Shown here: positions 1-13,200 of the stretch, in pieces | Layout: every line of letters begins with the position of its first letter | How positions within the stretch are numbered: the stretch's first letter is position 1 | Assembly: GCA_965153285.1 (NCBI GenBank) | Contig: OZ229118.1 | DNA: 64,000 bases | Source: Podarcis tiliguerta | Taxonomy: Eukaryota | Reading direction: 5' to 3' (one strand) | Position numbers and translations under genes: made by a program | The notes under the pieces: model-generated | The model's database searches: none | Seen by the model: the letters and a program-made list of their open reading frames with translations, nothing else | Told to the model about the DNA's origin: nothing

Positions 1-1251
1 CCAAATCCACCAAGAAGAAAAGATACAAATAAAACCCTAGCTTCTGAGGCATGCTGCTGTTCTCCTTTTCAGAAATTATTAAACCCAGGAAACATTAATT
101 TTCTAAAGACATACATGTTTATCTTTCTCAAGTCTGACTGGGCCTAAAACCAGCGGGTTTATCCAATGGGTGTTCCATTCATGCAAGATCTCCCCCTTGT
201 GTAATGCAACTTCCCCTCCCCTGCACCATTTGCCCCCCCCCAATCCCTGTTCTGCAACCCTCTGAATTTGGGAGGATGAAGTGGGGAGCGGGGCAGTTTC
301 AACACAAAAGGGATTACTTTGCACAAAAGGGATGACTTTGTCAGCTACAACCCAGTTTCTCTACTAATGTATTCACAGGAAAATATTTCTCTACAACAGA
401 GATCTTCCTTGTAATAGCCACATATCTATGGCAAAGCATAAGATCATTAAAAGAGCTTGCTGGATCAGGCCAATGGCCTACCTAGTCCAACATCCTGTTT
501 TCGCAGTGGCCAACCAGATGCCTGTGAGAAATTGTATAGCTTAATTGCATAGGAAGATGCACCAACTTGTGAATGTTCTTGCCCCAACTTCTGGGGACTT
601 AGGTTAATTTCTCTTTAGCCCCTGTTTCAGACCATTTCCAAAACTACATTCCCCTGTTAAGTAATTAGGAATGTGGAGGGAGACATGTAGTTTGAGACTG
701 AAACATTAAGGCAGCTGTTTAGGCCGCAAACTCAGTCAGCATGTCCAATGGCCAGGAATGATAGGAGTTGTAGTCCAAAACTAGGTGTGAGGGGTACCAG
801 GTGGAAAGATTGCATGAAGGCATTGTGGTACTGATGGGGAGAAATAGCGAGAATATTGTGTTGGAGAGCATAGGGCTGGATTCCACCAAGCTAGTGCACT
901 AGCAAAAGCCAGTGCAAGGACTTTGGATAGCGTAATGCTTTCTTCTCCTAAATTCCCCCCATGCCTTTCCCAAATCCACTCTGGAGAGTTTGGAGAATCC
1001 GCTGAACAGTGTGTGAAGAAGGAGAGGGGAGGTTGTTCCATTTAGCAAACAGAAATGTCTTTGTTGCCTGAATTATTGTATTTGTGCGATGTTTAGTTCC
1101 ACCCATATAGAATACATTAAAGTAGTGACTAAACAGTTTTGTAGTTGATCTGCAAGGCTTTTCTTTATGAAAGATTTCTCAAATGCATAGGGTCTTTCTA
1201 TAGAGAGGAGTTTACTATTTATTTTAATACAATAAATTACATTCTACTAAC

Positions 1252-4200
1252 CTAAAGGCACACAGAACATAATCTTTTACTGAATTTTTGGATACCAAAA
1301 TGGAATTAGTCTTGCAGATAGGCTCTTCCTCTGTAGAAAGGTATACCTCATGGAGCAACTGACAGGAATGAGCAAGATCAAAAACCTGAAATATAATATA
1401 GTATGGAAATGAATTGGTTTGAGATGGCTGCTGACCACTTTGTATCTGAGCCCAAATTGTAAAATCACCAAGAAAAGTAACTGTAAGAAGTGGTTATGTA
1501 AGGCCACTTGGAATACAATTAAAGGCTTGAATCCTGTATCTCTTTCTTCTGATCCCAGCATCAGTATAAAAATATCTGTTAATGTCTGCTGATCTACATA
1601 AGATCTGATTCAAAGGTTAGTAATCCTTAAGTCTTGTTTGCTTTATTATCAATTACATTTATAGTTTCCCCATAACTAAGATTCATGGGGTGACTAACAG
1701 TTCCAAACAAAGACTTAAATTCAATACAATACCAATGAACTAACAGCACAAAAATCTAGCAAAACACAACCAACCACGTCAGTGCACAGAACATAATTCT
1801 ACCCACTGTCATAGATGTGATTTTTTAACAAAACAACACCTCACCTTAACCATGTGGCTGCCATTAAAAAACACCAGTAAGAGGTGCCCATTCATTGCAG
1901 ATGTTAGTATTGGAGTACCAACAAACTCGCCAGTTGCATATACCACTTTTTCCAGGGAAAGATCCCAGATTTTAATGGTGCTTTTGTCAGACACAGCCAC
2001 CAGTCTGTTCTCCAGACACACTGAAATTGCACTGATATTATTCCCAACTCCATGCAGAGTGAAGACAGCTTTGCCGACCCTCAAATCCCACAATTTCAGA
2101 GTTCCATCACTGGAGACTGTTGCAACAGTGAGTTCTTCCTGAGTTTCTCCAATTGCTACAATTCTGTCCAAGTGGCCTATGGATCCATGGGAGTAAAATG
2201 TTAGAATTCACTCTGGGGAAAAGCAGCTTCAGTAGCATCAGTTAGAACCTTCCTGTGAAACTCAGATAAATGGGTAGCAGTTCATCATCATTTATTAATT
2301 TATACCACTTACTTGTCAAAATGGTTTCTTAGCAGTTTAGAAAACTGATTCTAAGAAGTTTTTTATGGCAGAGGCTGGATGGTTAGCTGTCATGGATGCT
2401 TTAGTTGAGATTCTTGCATTTCAGGGGGTTGGACTAGATGACCCTTGGGGTCCCTTCCAACTCTACAATTCTATGATAATTAAAGCACACACTAAAACAA
2501 TTCCATCAAACCATTAAAATAAGCATCCAGTTAATACAATAAAGAAACCCATTAAAACAACATAATAATTAAAAAGAGAACATAAACTATATTTAGGAAT
2601 AATTACCATAATAACTTAAATGTAAGTACATATCACCATGATGGAGGGCTGGGGAAGACTGTGCTAGGCTGATCATCATGCTTGCTTGTTCAGCCTACAG
2701 TCCGGGTCCTAACTGTTGATGGGCAATTTCAAGGGCTCTGTTTTCCCTTCTTTTAGATCTCTATTTTTAAATCTGACTTGGACTGGACAGACCTTCAAAC
2801 AGAAGACATCCTTCAAACAGAGGACTGCCCTCTGTAGAATAGGACACATGACCACCCTACGCATTATCAAGCCCATAATCACTTAGCCCAGAATATGTCT
2901 CATGCTACCTGAGCACAATATCATGAAACGTTCTAAATCTTTCTAAGTGGGGGTTACTTTCTAAATGAGGATGGGCACCATCTTGTATTTTGCCTCAGGC
3001 AGCAAAATGTCAGCAAACAGGCAGAGCGGCCAAAACACAAGTTATAAGAAACAATGTGATTATTTTCTCTCTCTATCCAAACCATAAGGAAAGGTCTGAT
3101 TGCTTTTCTAGTGGTGCAGAAGGGACTGAATGGTAAGAATTATAGATGCAACGCTAAAATGATATACATAGGGAATAGACATCAAGCAAAGGTTGCTAGA
3201 AACTTCGTAACTTCTGGTCTTTAGCAAAATCTTGCAAAGGGCTTAGAGGGCTTAGAACTTCAGCACTGATTCGCCATTAAAAGGTTTCTAAAAGATTAAT
3301 ATTATTCTCCCTTACCTCTCAAAAGGTCGCAGAGAAGTCTACCAGGTTCTATAAGGCAGGCTGTTGAAGGTAGAAGAACAGGAATAGAAGATTTCTGACA
3401 TTGGGACAAAAGAGCTGGCAGATAGGGATATTTTTTGGGATCACCTGAACCAACACAATATAATGTATGTTAGTCATTCAATGAGCTGATTTTAAAACTG
3501 TAATAAATATGACATGGGTTTGTTTATTTTTACCCTGTTGCCCTGAATTCTGCATTATTTCAAATGTTTTAAAATGCATGGCCATCCAGGTCTCTTTCTC
3601 TCTGACCCTCAGAAGTCTCCTTAGGCCACAATCCTCACTGTGTGTGTTTCACACCTCTACTGTTTTTTGCCTGACTGGAATGTGTCCTTGAACTCTGAAA
3701 ATGAGTCAGTCTTCCCTGGATGGAGTACAGAGAGGAGTGTGGGGGTGTGTAGAAACTAGACTACAAAGCTAAAATTTACATTTGTTGTTCTGCCCACTTT
3801 TGCCTCTGGCCCCATTCCTCAGAAGGGAATGTAGTCCTTAGACTGAAAAAGGTTCCCAGCCCTCAATTACATTCTTACATTTGCCTCCAGTATTCCTTTC
3901 TGCCTCCGGTCATGACTAATCCTCCGGGAAACTTGTAAGTATAGTTTGGTTCTGCCAGGGCCATCGCGTCCCATTTCGCCGCTTGAGGCAAAACAGGAAG
4001 TGCCACCCTGTCCTGTGGACATGGAATCAGCGATGATTTTGGGTGAGATCTCATGTGCCCCCAAAGATTCTAGTGCAAATTTGGCTCCAGTGGCAGAGAG
4101 GGTGGGAGATTTGCAGGGGAACCACGTTAGGGGTTTCCACTGCCTGAGGCAGTGGCCTCACTTTGCCAAATGGCTGGCCCGGCCCTGGGTTTTGTCTTGG

Positions 4201-7200
4201 ATGCTTAAGTCCCAGTAGTGACTAATAATGGTTGGAGCTCAAAACAAAATATCAAAAATATAGAAAACGCAAAATACTTGCTGAAAAATCTAAATCTCAC
4301 AATTTTCAGTACCTGGGGCCACTGGTTTATCTGCTGCAATGATACGATGAAGGCGGCCTATAAGCTGTGAAGCCATCTGACAAGGGTCTTGTAGTAAAAC
4401 TTTCTTGGATAACTTGAGCGCTTCACTTAATAAAGTTAAGTCACGTATAGTCCTGTGGAGGAGGCAAGGCGGCAGGAATCACATCACATTTGAGTTTCCT
4501 TGCTCTAATATCAATAAAACACTAGAGGGGTTTTTACAGAGAAGTGGTTTTCACAGTGAAACATTGTGGGACTCAACTATTTATTGTTAAGAAACGAAAG
4601 GCCAGCTGAGGGGCAGGGTGGAAACTAAACTCATAATAACTTGATTAGCATGTAACTAGAATCTTTATTTGAATGTAGCTTTGATTGTTAAACAAAATGG
4701 ATTGCTGAACAGTGCTATAAACAATGGAAGTGGTTTGGAAGATAGAGCAATATGTGCCCACCTTTCAGCTAGCCTGCTGCCCTTAGGTGGGATGAAGATC
4801 AATTTACCTGTGTTAAAGTAAGTAAACACGTTGAAAGCAGGATCATATCACTTTTAAGCAGTCCTGACTTCACTCAAAGAATACTGAGAACTAGTTTTTA
4901 AAGTGCTGAGAGTTGTTAGGAGACCCCTATTTTCCTGTCAAAGTTACAGTTCCCAGAGTTCAATGGGAAGAGGGGTTGGCTGTAAACTATCCTGAAAATT
5001 ATAGTTTTGTGAGGGGAAGAAGGGTCTCTTAACAACTCTCAGCACTCTTAACAAACCAGAATTCTTCGGGATAAGCTGTGACTGGTAGAATCTACACACA
5101 TATTTTTAAAAAGCCTGTGATAATCCCTTTTTAAAAAAATACATTGAATTTGGCATAGCTCACTGTTGCCATCTAGTGTCACATTTGTATATTGCACTTT
5201 ACAACACATTTAAAGTGTTTTATTTGCAGCTGTATAGCTGGGTCCACTGTTAAAAATGGTATCAAACTGCTCTAAATGTATAGTGCAGATGAGGCCTAAG
5301 AGTCAATGGCCATCACATAGAAAAATGGTGTGCACCATTTTGTCTTTCACCTGAGGCAGTCAAATCTCTTGGCCAGGCCCTACTATCATACCAGATTAAT
5401 TGATTACAGGCTGTAAGTATGAGGGTTTGTGATTAAGTAAAATAAGCTCTAGACATTCACAGTTGTGTTCTACTGCTGTAAGCCTACCTGTCTGCATCGA
5501 TAGCTGCTCTTAGATCCGCTTCAATGCTGATAACTGATGAAGCCCAGGCTTTGTATAAGAGAAACTCATAATTAAAGAGACATTCTTTGATTAAGGCAGT
5601 AATGTTCTTAGATTTGATGAGGTGATACGGAGCCCCAAGGAGCTTACGAACATTAAAGGTGTAGCTGATCTTGGACTCTTTTTCTAAAGTCCAGGCCAAA
5701 GGTTGAAATGCAGACATTTCAATGAGTTTATGTGGAATTCTACCCAGGTAATAATCTGCAAAGGTGGCATGCAGCGATGCCTGGGAATCCTGTGTTCTGA
5801 GATATCTGTCCATGCAGACATGTCTCAGAGATGTATGAGCCCAATTAAAAACATAAGTGTGGTCAGTTCTTTGCTCTTTCAGGTGGTCTCCAAAATCATC
5901 CAAAAGTTTCAACCACAGCACTAGCGGGAATGCTGAAATTGAGACTTTTTGGAATTTAGCTACTTCCTTAATAACCACTTCATCCGTTGACATAAGGTGG
6001 AGCAGCTCTTCCTGAGTAATACCATTTCTTGAAAGTGTGGTATAAGCTGCCATCTTTTTTACAACTTGTTCTCCGTGGGATTTTTCCATTCTGTTCAGTG
6101 TCCATGAATACAGATCAGGTATATTTTGAGGAAGACACACCTCTGCCTCTGGGGTGAAAGATGTCCATAAACAGGACTCCTTATAGGCACAGTGTACAAA
6201 GAGTGGTACTGGGCAGGCTGTGCATGCTTCCATTAGGCGATCATGCTGTTGCTGGGGAAGTCTTCGGCAATCCTTTTCTAACCAGGAGCTGATCATCTCA
6301 CTGATTTCTCCAAATGTCAAAGGAGGTATTTGTAAAATATTCTCTTTCGCTGTTATTTTCTGAGGAAAAGAAGCATATCTCAATTATCATATCAGAGGCA
6401 GATTTAGAGCACTTGCAGCATTGAAACTATGATGTAGTGAATGCGCAAAACAGTAGGCAAAAGATAGGGGAGGACAAAATTTTGGCCTCCCACAGGGTGC
6501 TGCTGAAATTTGAAAGACCAAAGTCTGCCCCTGATCACATTGTCTCCAGACCTGATTGAGTTGGTGTCATTTTGCCAGCCTAATACAAGACAGCCTATTT
6601 ACCGTAAAATATAAGAACCGAAAAAGGATTTAATATCACTGGATTTCTGCACTTCTTCATCCAATAACCAGATCTGTGGGGCAGATAACTATACCTATAA
6701 ATCTCTGCCAGGATTCTACAGGTTGGATCTTCAAGTTTTGAATCAAGACTCAGGGTTAATACTAAATACCTGTGGGGCAGTTTGACTATAAAAGATAGGT
6801 GGCATGTTCTCTTTTAGACTAGACAGATCCGAGAGGGACTGGAGCAAAATCTGACACTCTCCTGGGTCTTATCTTTCTTGACTCACATCTGATATCAGGA
6901 AAGGGCTACAAAACACAGACGTAACTGACCTTGGAATTATGGCATAGACGTAGAATGAAATGGCTGCCTTAAATGCAGGGATTTTTGATACTGGTCTTTT
7001 TTGGACTTTCCAAGGATGGAGAAAAAAACCCGCATTTAAAGGGGGAAAGGTACAGGACGACACTGGGATAGGGGAAGTGCCATATAGATGCCGCTCTGTC
7101 AATGTAGAGACAGGCTAGTGCGAATCCACATTTTGCTCCAGTGTGGAAAAACCCATAGAGGAAAAAGTGTATACACACCAAGAAAGTTAAACAGAACAGT

Positions 7201-10200
7201 TTGTATATGGGCAAAGAAAGTAAGCTTTTACAAGCTAAAGTCTCTTCAGGGTCTGCTGTTGCTTTGGGGTGAGTGTTGTCTAGCACTCTCTTACCTATAC
7301 CTTCCTATTCGCCCTGGGCTCCTTTGAGAGGAAAGGTAGAATATAAATTCAGTAAATAAATTACTCAAGCTTTAAATAAACAGATACCACAAAAGCACCA
7401 TAGGCTTGATCCAATGGGTCACTGTGGGTACAGCAACACTCACATTTAGAAAGGTCTGCATAGCGCACAACAGAGTCAGGATCCACTCTGAGGCCTAAGC
7501 CCATGAGCACTCAATATGCTAGTCTATTATTACATGGAATGGGAGGTCTGGTTACAAGTTTCATATCCCCAGCCAACTTACCTCTTCCACTTCCTCAAGG
7601 AAAGCAAAATTAGGGCATGACTCTCAGTTTCCCCTAAGGATACGGGGTGGGGCACAATGTTCTAAGCCCTATGTGGGAATCCATGAGCATTTGTTCTCAT
7701 GGTTGATTGGATCAAGGCCCTTAAGGTTGCAATCCTGTACACACCTATGTGGGACTTAGACCCATTGATTTCAACAGGACTTTCTTTCAAGGATAGGATG
7801 TGCTGAAAGTGTCCAGTACTGACCCTACCAAACTGCCCTGGATTTTCCCACTGTTTGAGAAAGTGTGGAATGAAAAAAACAACTGAATAAAGTATCGCTT
7901 TACCTCCAGTTTTTTGAAGCATGAAAAACTTGATTCGGTGCACGTGGAAACAATAAAATACACATTCTTTGGTAATTCAGGAGGTATCCAAGGAAAATCT
8001 GCAACATGTTCCTCTGATAATTCATCTATGCCATCCAGACATATTAGAAGTGGTTTGTCTTGTGTGGCAGACTCCAGTAATGAGAGAAACTCTTCCACCA
8101 ATCCTTCAAAATCCTTTTTGAGAAAGATAGCAAACATTTTAGCCAGTCCCAAGTAGCTATGGCTACTGTGTTGGGTCACAGGAACAGAGTTGCCTGAAAA
8201 TTCTGTTCAACGTTTTTCAGCTAATCAACGTAATTTGCATTCATTGTTATCCTTTAGCTGAAATATCCCAGAAGGTTGTTACCTTTTCCAGATAAACCTT
8301 TTTCTTCAATAAATGTTGCAGAAGTTCTTCGTAGAGGAACAGATGCTTCAAAATTACATGTCCCAGAGAGCCCTGTGATATGTTTCCACAAAAGTTCATA
8401 GTCCTTATTCATTTTTGCTGCTATAATCAAATCAAGCACATCTTCAAACTTTTGAAACACTGTTTTCAGCTAAAAGCTATGTATAAAAATGTGTATTTTA
8501 GGGTATATTTGTGAAAATATATGTATGGAAACAATTTGAATTTTCATGCATTTACTAAAATTCACAGGTTGATGTGGAAATGTGACAAAACAGACTTACG
8601 AATGAACACATAAGAAACTGATATGGCGTGGAAATAAACCAATCTATTCATTCCTAGGTAAGAATGATTATTATTATTATTAAAGACTATGATTGAGTAA
8701 GGAGAGGAAATGAAATGTCAGCTCAGCAAAAATAATGGATACCAAGGGATTCCTAATGGCTTGCAGAATATTAAAAAGGTGTTGGCAATAGAAATTGTGG
8801 GAAATCTGTCTTAACTTTGGAGATGTTCTCTGACATGTGTTGGCTGTAGACATGCAACACATTACAGTGTTTGATAATGCAGTGATGGAGATGTGCCCCA
8901 GGATCCCCTTTGTTTTCCCATGTTGAACTGATTATGAGCACTGTCAGCTGTAATAGCACTGGTCCTTTGCTGAAAAGTGTTTCTTGGTTTCTGACCTTTC
9001 ATTATCTGAGCAGCACCGTCAGCATTATGCTTGAGCTATTTTGTCATCTTCCACTCTTAACTTTTATTTCTTGCTGAATCATGTGGAGGGGAAAGTGTGT
9101 GCATGTAGGTGCTGCTGCCGTAAAAATGCAACAGTATAATTTTTCCTTTGAGCCTTAAAAAGAAGGAAAATTTAATTCGTTACCTTGGATAAATTAACCG
9201 AGACCTTGTAGATAGAAGCTATCTGGTAGCAAAGACTGAAGAGAGTCAGTCGGATATTTCTGCTTTCACCAGTAACACCAATAAATCGAATTACAACTCT
9301 GAGGTTCCTGAATGAAAAGGGGGGGAAAGCAAATAAAATAAAATAGCTTTTTACCTTGCTTATGAAAATGTTTTCTTTTTAATACATGTGTTAAATCAAT
9401 GTATGTGTGCCGTTACTGTATCATCTAGTTGAAGGTGGACTTAACGTTGTGAACAGTGAATGTTGGGCTCAGAGTAAAATATGCAAATATAAAGGTATTA
9501 ATTTAGTTTATATATTGTTATCAATATGGAATAATTTTACATTTCACAGAATTCACAGCACTCTGTGATACCAGCTAAGACAAATCAAAGGGAGCAAATA
9601 TGGTAGCTAGTAAGCAACAGTTGGGAGCTGGATATGGGTAACACTGGGTTTATCTCTATTATCTTTATTCAAGAACTTTTATCTATGTTCCAAGTATCTG
9701 TGAATCTGCAAGAGGCCCTTACCCAGATATCCAGCTAGGAGCCAAAGAAGCGGCTTTTGCTATGACGGCAGTTTTCCCGCATCCAGTCTCTCCACAAATT
9801 ACAACTAGCTTTCTGTTCAAGGATGCAAGGCGATTCTTCAGTTTGCACAAAAACATTTCTCTTCCTATTAGAGATTTAACCCTGTTTTGAGAGGGGAAAA
9901 CAAAACACTATTTGTGTTTAGTCACCACTGAGTACTGGCTAAGACTGACGCTGTGCACACACCATACCTTTAAAACACATTTAAAGCTCATATTCCCCCA
10001 CGAAGAATCCTGAGAACTGCAGCTTCTTGAGGATGCTGAGAATTGTAGCTCTGGGAGGGGTAAACTACATTTAATATTATTCTCAGGTGTGAGCGGGCAG
10101 GGGAATGTGCTTTGGATGTGCTTTAAAGGTGTGGTGTGTATGCAGCCTAAAATCCTATATCAACGTATCTGAGGGCTACAAGTAAGTGGCCCAGCACTCC

Positions 10201-13200
10201 TAGGAGGTGCTTGGAGGATGACTTATTTTTATTCCTCCAGCAAGGGGCAGAAAGTGAATTAGGGTTACCCATTTGTAGCAAAAATAAATAAATAATTTTT
10301 TCTCAATCTAGAATCATTCATGCTCTTCCACAACATGCTACTTTCAATCTAGATTTAGTCAATCCAGATAGATCCATCCTGCTGTTCACAAAGGATGGTA
10401 TGATTACTTGATAACATGTTTGACAACTCTCTCCTTCGTTATCAGTGCCTTTTCCTTCACTACATGTCCCAGGTGAATGAATAAGGAAGTGAGTGAACAG
10501 GTTTCTCAAGAAAGACAAGAGCTGAACAGTAAGCTCTTGCAGTACTTTAGGATGCTGGCTTGGATAGTGATGCATGTGGTGGGGCTTAGTACCTCCTACT
10601 GACACCAAAGCCACAACAGTTTACCTGGACAGGGATGAGGCAGGATGGGACTGAGTTCAGGGCCACAGGGATGCACCAGCAGGAGAGCTGAACTGCTGCC
10701 AACCCCACAAGTGCACCCATACAGACCTGATCTCCCTGCTGCCTGTCCCAACCCAGCCTGGTTGTTATGTAGCAACAACAGCAATGTCAGGAGAGTAATT
10801 CTGCCCTAACACACGTGCTGCTGCTGGCTGGCTGCCCCTGTGGATATGTAATGTGGGGCAGTAGATTTTACTACAGTGTTTTAGCTATTTAGCTCCTCCT
10901 ATGCTCAGCCTGCATGTTTCCGGACAATATACAAATACTCATGAAGAGAGATCTGCAATAGTGTGGCAAAAAAGAAAAACAAATCTAAGATGAATTCAGT
11001 GTGCGCTACCCAAGTGTGTGCACCACTGGCTTGCCATGGGTGACAAGAGGCTGACACATGCCAACTGACAACCATGATTTTCAGGGGCTGAAATGAACCT
11101 GTGAATAGGCAGCCACCACAGCTAATGTAAAGTTTTATAGACTGGTTCTATAACTCCTTTCGCAAGGATGGAACAAAGCCCCAGACAATGAGGATCCAGG
11201 GGCCAACATGATGCTATATTTTGGGTATCATGCCAGACCGGTGCTAGTTGCCACCACTGAGATTGCTGTGTTGTGGAGTAGTGCCATTCTAGGGATAGGG
11301 GACCAAGTGATGGCCGAGACCTTTTGGAGCCACGGCTTTGGTCCTGTATACCTTAAGGAGTATCTCCACCCCACCGTTCAGCCCAGACACTGAGATCCAG
11401 CTCTGAGGGCCTTCTGGAGGTTCACTCATTGAGAGAAGTGAGGTTACAAGGAACCAGGCAGAGGGGCTTCTTGGCAGCTGCGCCTGCTCTTTGGAATGCC
11501 TTCCCATCAGATGCAAAGGAAATAAACAACTACCTGACTTTTAAAAAACATATGAATGCAGCCGCAGATAGGGAAGTTTTTAATGTTTGATATTTTACTG
11601 TGTTTGATGTTTTAATTAGCTGGAAACCGCTCAGAGTTGCTGGGGCAACCTAGTCATATGGGTGGCATATAAATAAATTGTTTGAAGATGACAATGATGA
11701 TTGAAGAAAATCCAAGTGGTGCACTTTTTGGTGGTAAAATTTCAATAGTAGAACTGAATATTTGATAATATGCTGTCCATTAATGGTACTTTTAAATCCA
11801 CCTTCCCCAGAGTGGATTGTCTCACCCTGCCTAATGAGCTGACCCTTCAAGCGCACTGGAAAACCTTATATTAGGTATCTAATATGCCCCTTTGGTGGCA
11901 TGTTGTTAGCAGAGAAGTGCTTTGTTTACAAGAGTACAACTTTTATTTCTCAAACATGTCTATGTTCTGGTAAGAGGCAGGGGTGTGGGTGTGAGTAGGA
12001 ATTGGTATCATTTAATTTTCCTTCATATATGCTCTTGTTGAATGACTAGAATGCTGCCCAAATGAATGGGTGGGTCAGGTTTTTACTTCAATAGAGGCTG
12101 CTAATAAGATTGTTCTTAAACCACAACTATCATATCAACTCTTCAACTGTTCTCCATCATGAAGCCTGGCTAAAGTAAATTAAGCAACCAAACATCACCA
12201 AACTCACAAGGCCTGACAGTGCTGGATATGTTCCAGAACCTCATCGTCATGATCAGTTTCAAAAACTTGCTTTCTTCGCTTAGGTAGCATTTCTTGAATA
12301 TCCTTCAAATGGATTGTTCTGGACAAATGAAAACATGGAGGGGAAAAGTTTTAATCCACATTTCAACATTGTGTATAGGTTACAGTGACTTTTGGACAGT
12401 GTTATTTATTTTCTTCCATTCATATCCCAGCTAGATGCCACCACACATGTAGTTGTTGACAACCACGTGAGGATGTGGCAAAACTTAGTTCCTTTTATGA
12501 ATGTCCAAATATGAGGATATACACGGGAGAATGCTGGTGATTATTTAATCACAATTTCCAGCATTCAGAAGTGACAAACAAGGAAAAAAACTATCCTTAT
12601 AAAGACATGCACAAAATGTGCTTGTGGTGTCAACATTCTTATACGATTGTTGGCAACCACATGGCAAGGGTTAGCCAATGTGATGTCCTCCAGACAAGTG
12701 ACTAAAACAGCTTTATTTTCTCAGCAGTGCCAAGAATTACCTCCTCCTGATTTAGATGCACACACACACTTCACACAGTATTAAGTGCCACTGAGTACCC
12801 ATCTTCAAGCCCTTATGCCCACTTACTAGAAATGGCATTTTGGAAAGACTTCACCTGAAGTCTAAAATGCAACTTTGGACCACTGGATCCTGCTCCCTAA
12901 CCATTTCCACTGACCCTCCTAGCATTGTGCCTGCATGGGTGGCAATTCTTAGAGAAGGTCTGTCTGCACTTTTTTTTTTTTTTACAAGGAAACCAAACCA
13001 TACTATATTTCTTGAATTTGCTCCACAAAATATGTGAAAGTACAAGAGGGTTGGGGTTTTTGTTTGTTTGTTTTGTTTTTGGCTTTCTTCAGTCATGCAC
13101 ATCCTGCCTCTACTAGAGACCAATGAGATAACTTTGGTAAGTTATAAGTACTGTATGATGGAGAGTTACCCCCTGTAACTACAGGTCTTCCCAGGTATAT

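Noticed and set aside
1-1251. Further NWD-like WD40 exons near the left edge
   Set aside because: No phase-2 exon with convincing splice sites and WD40-like translation was found; ORFs 103..324 and 781..1041 look like repeat or intron noise. The next exon probably lies outside the window.
1277-1561. 94-aa hydrophobic ORF on the minus strand
   Set aside because: Wrong frame. The real exon (1385-1252, [14 protein letters not shown]..) is in another frame and continues the WD40 region; the rest is intron.
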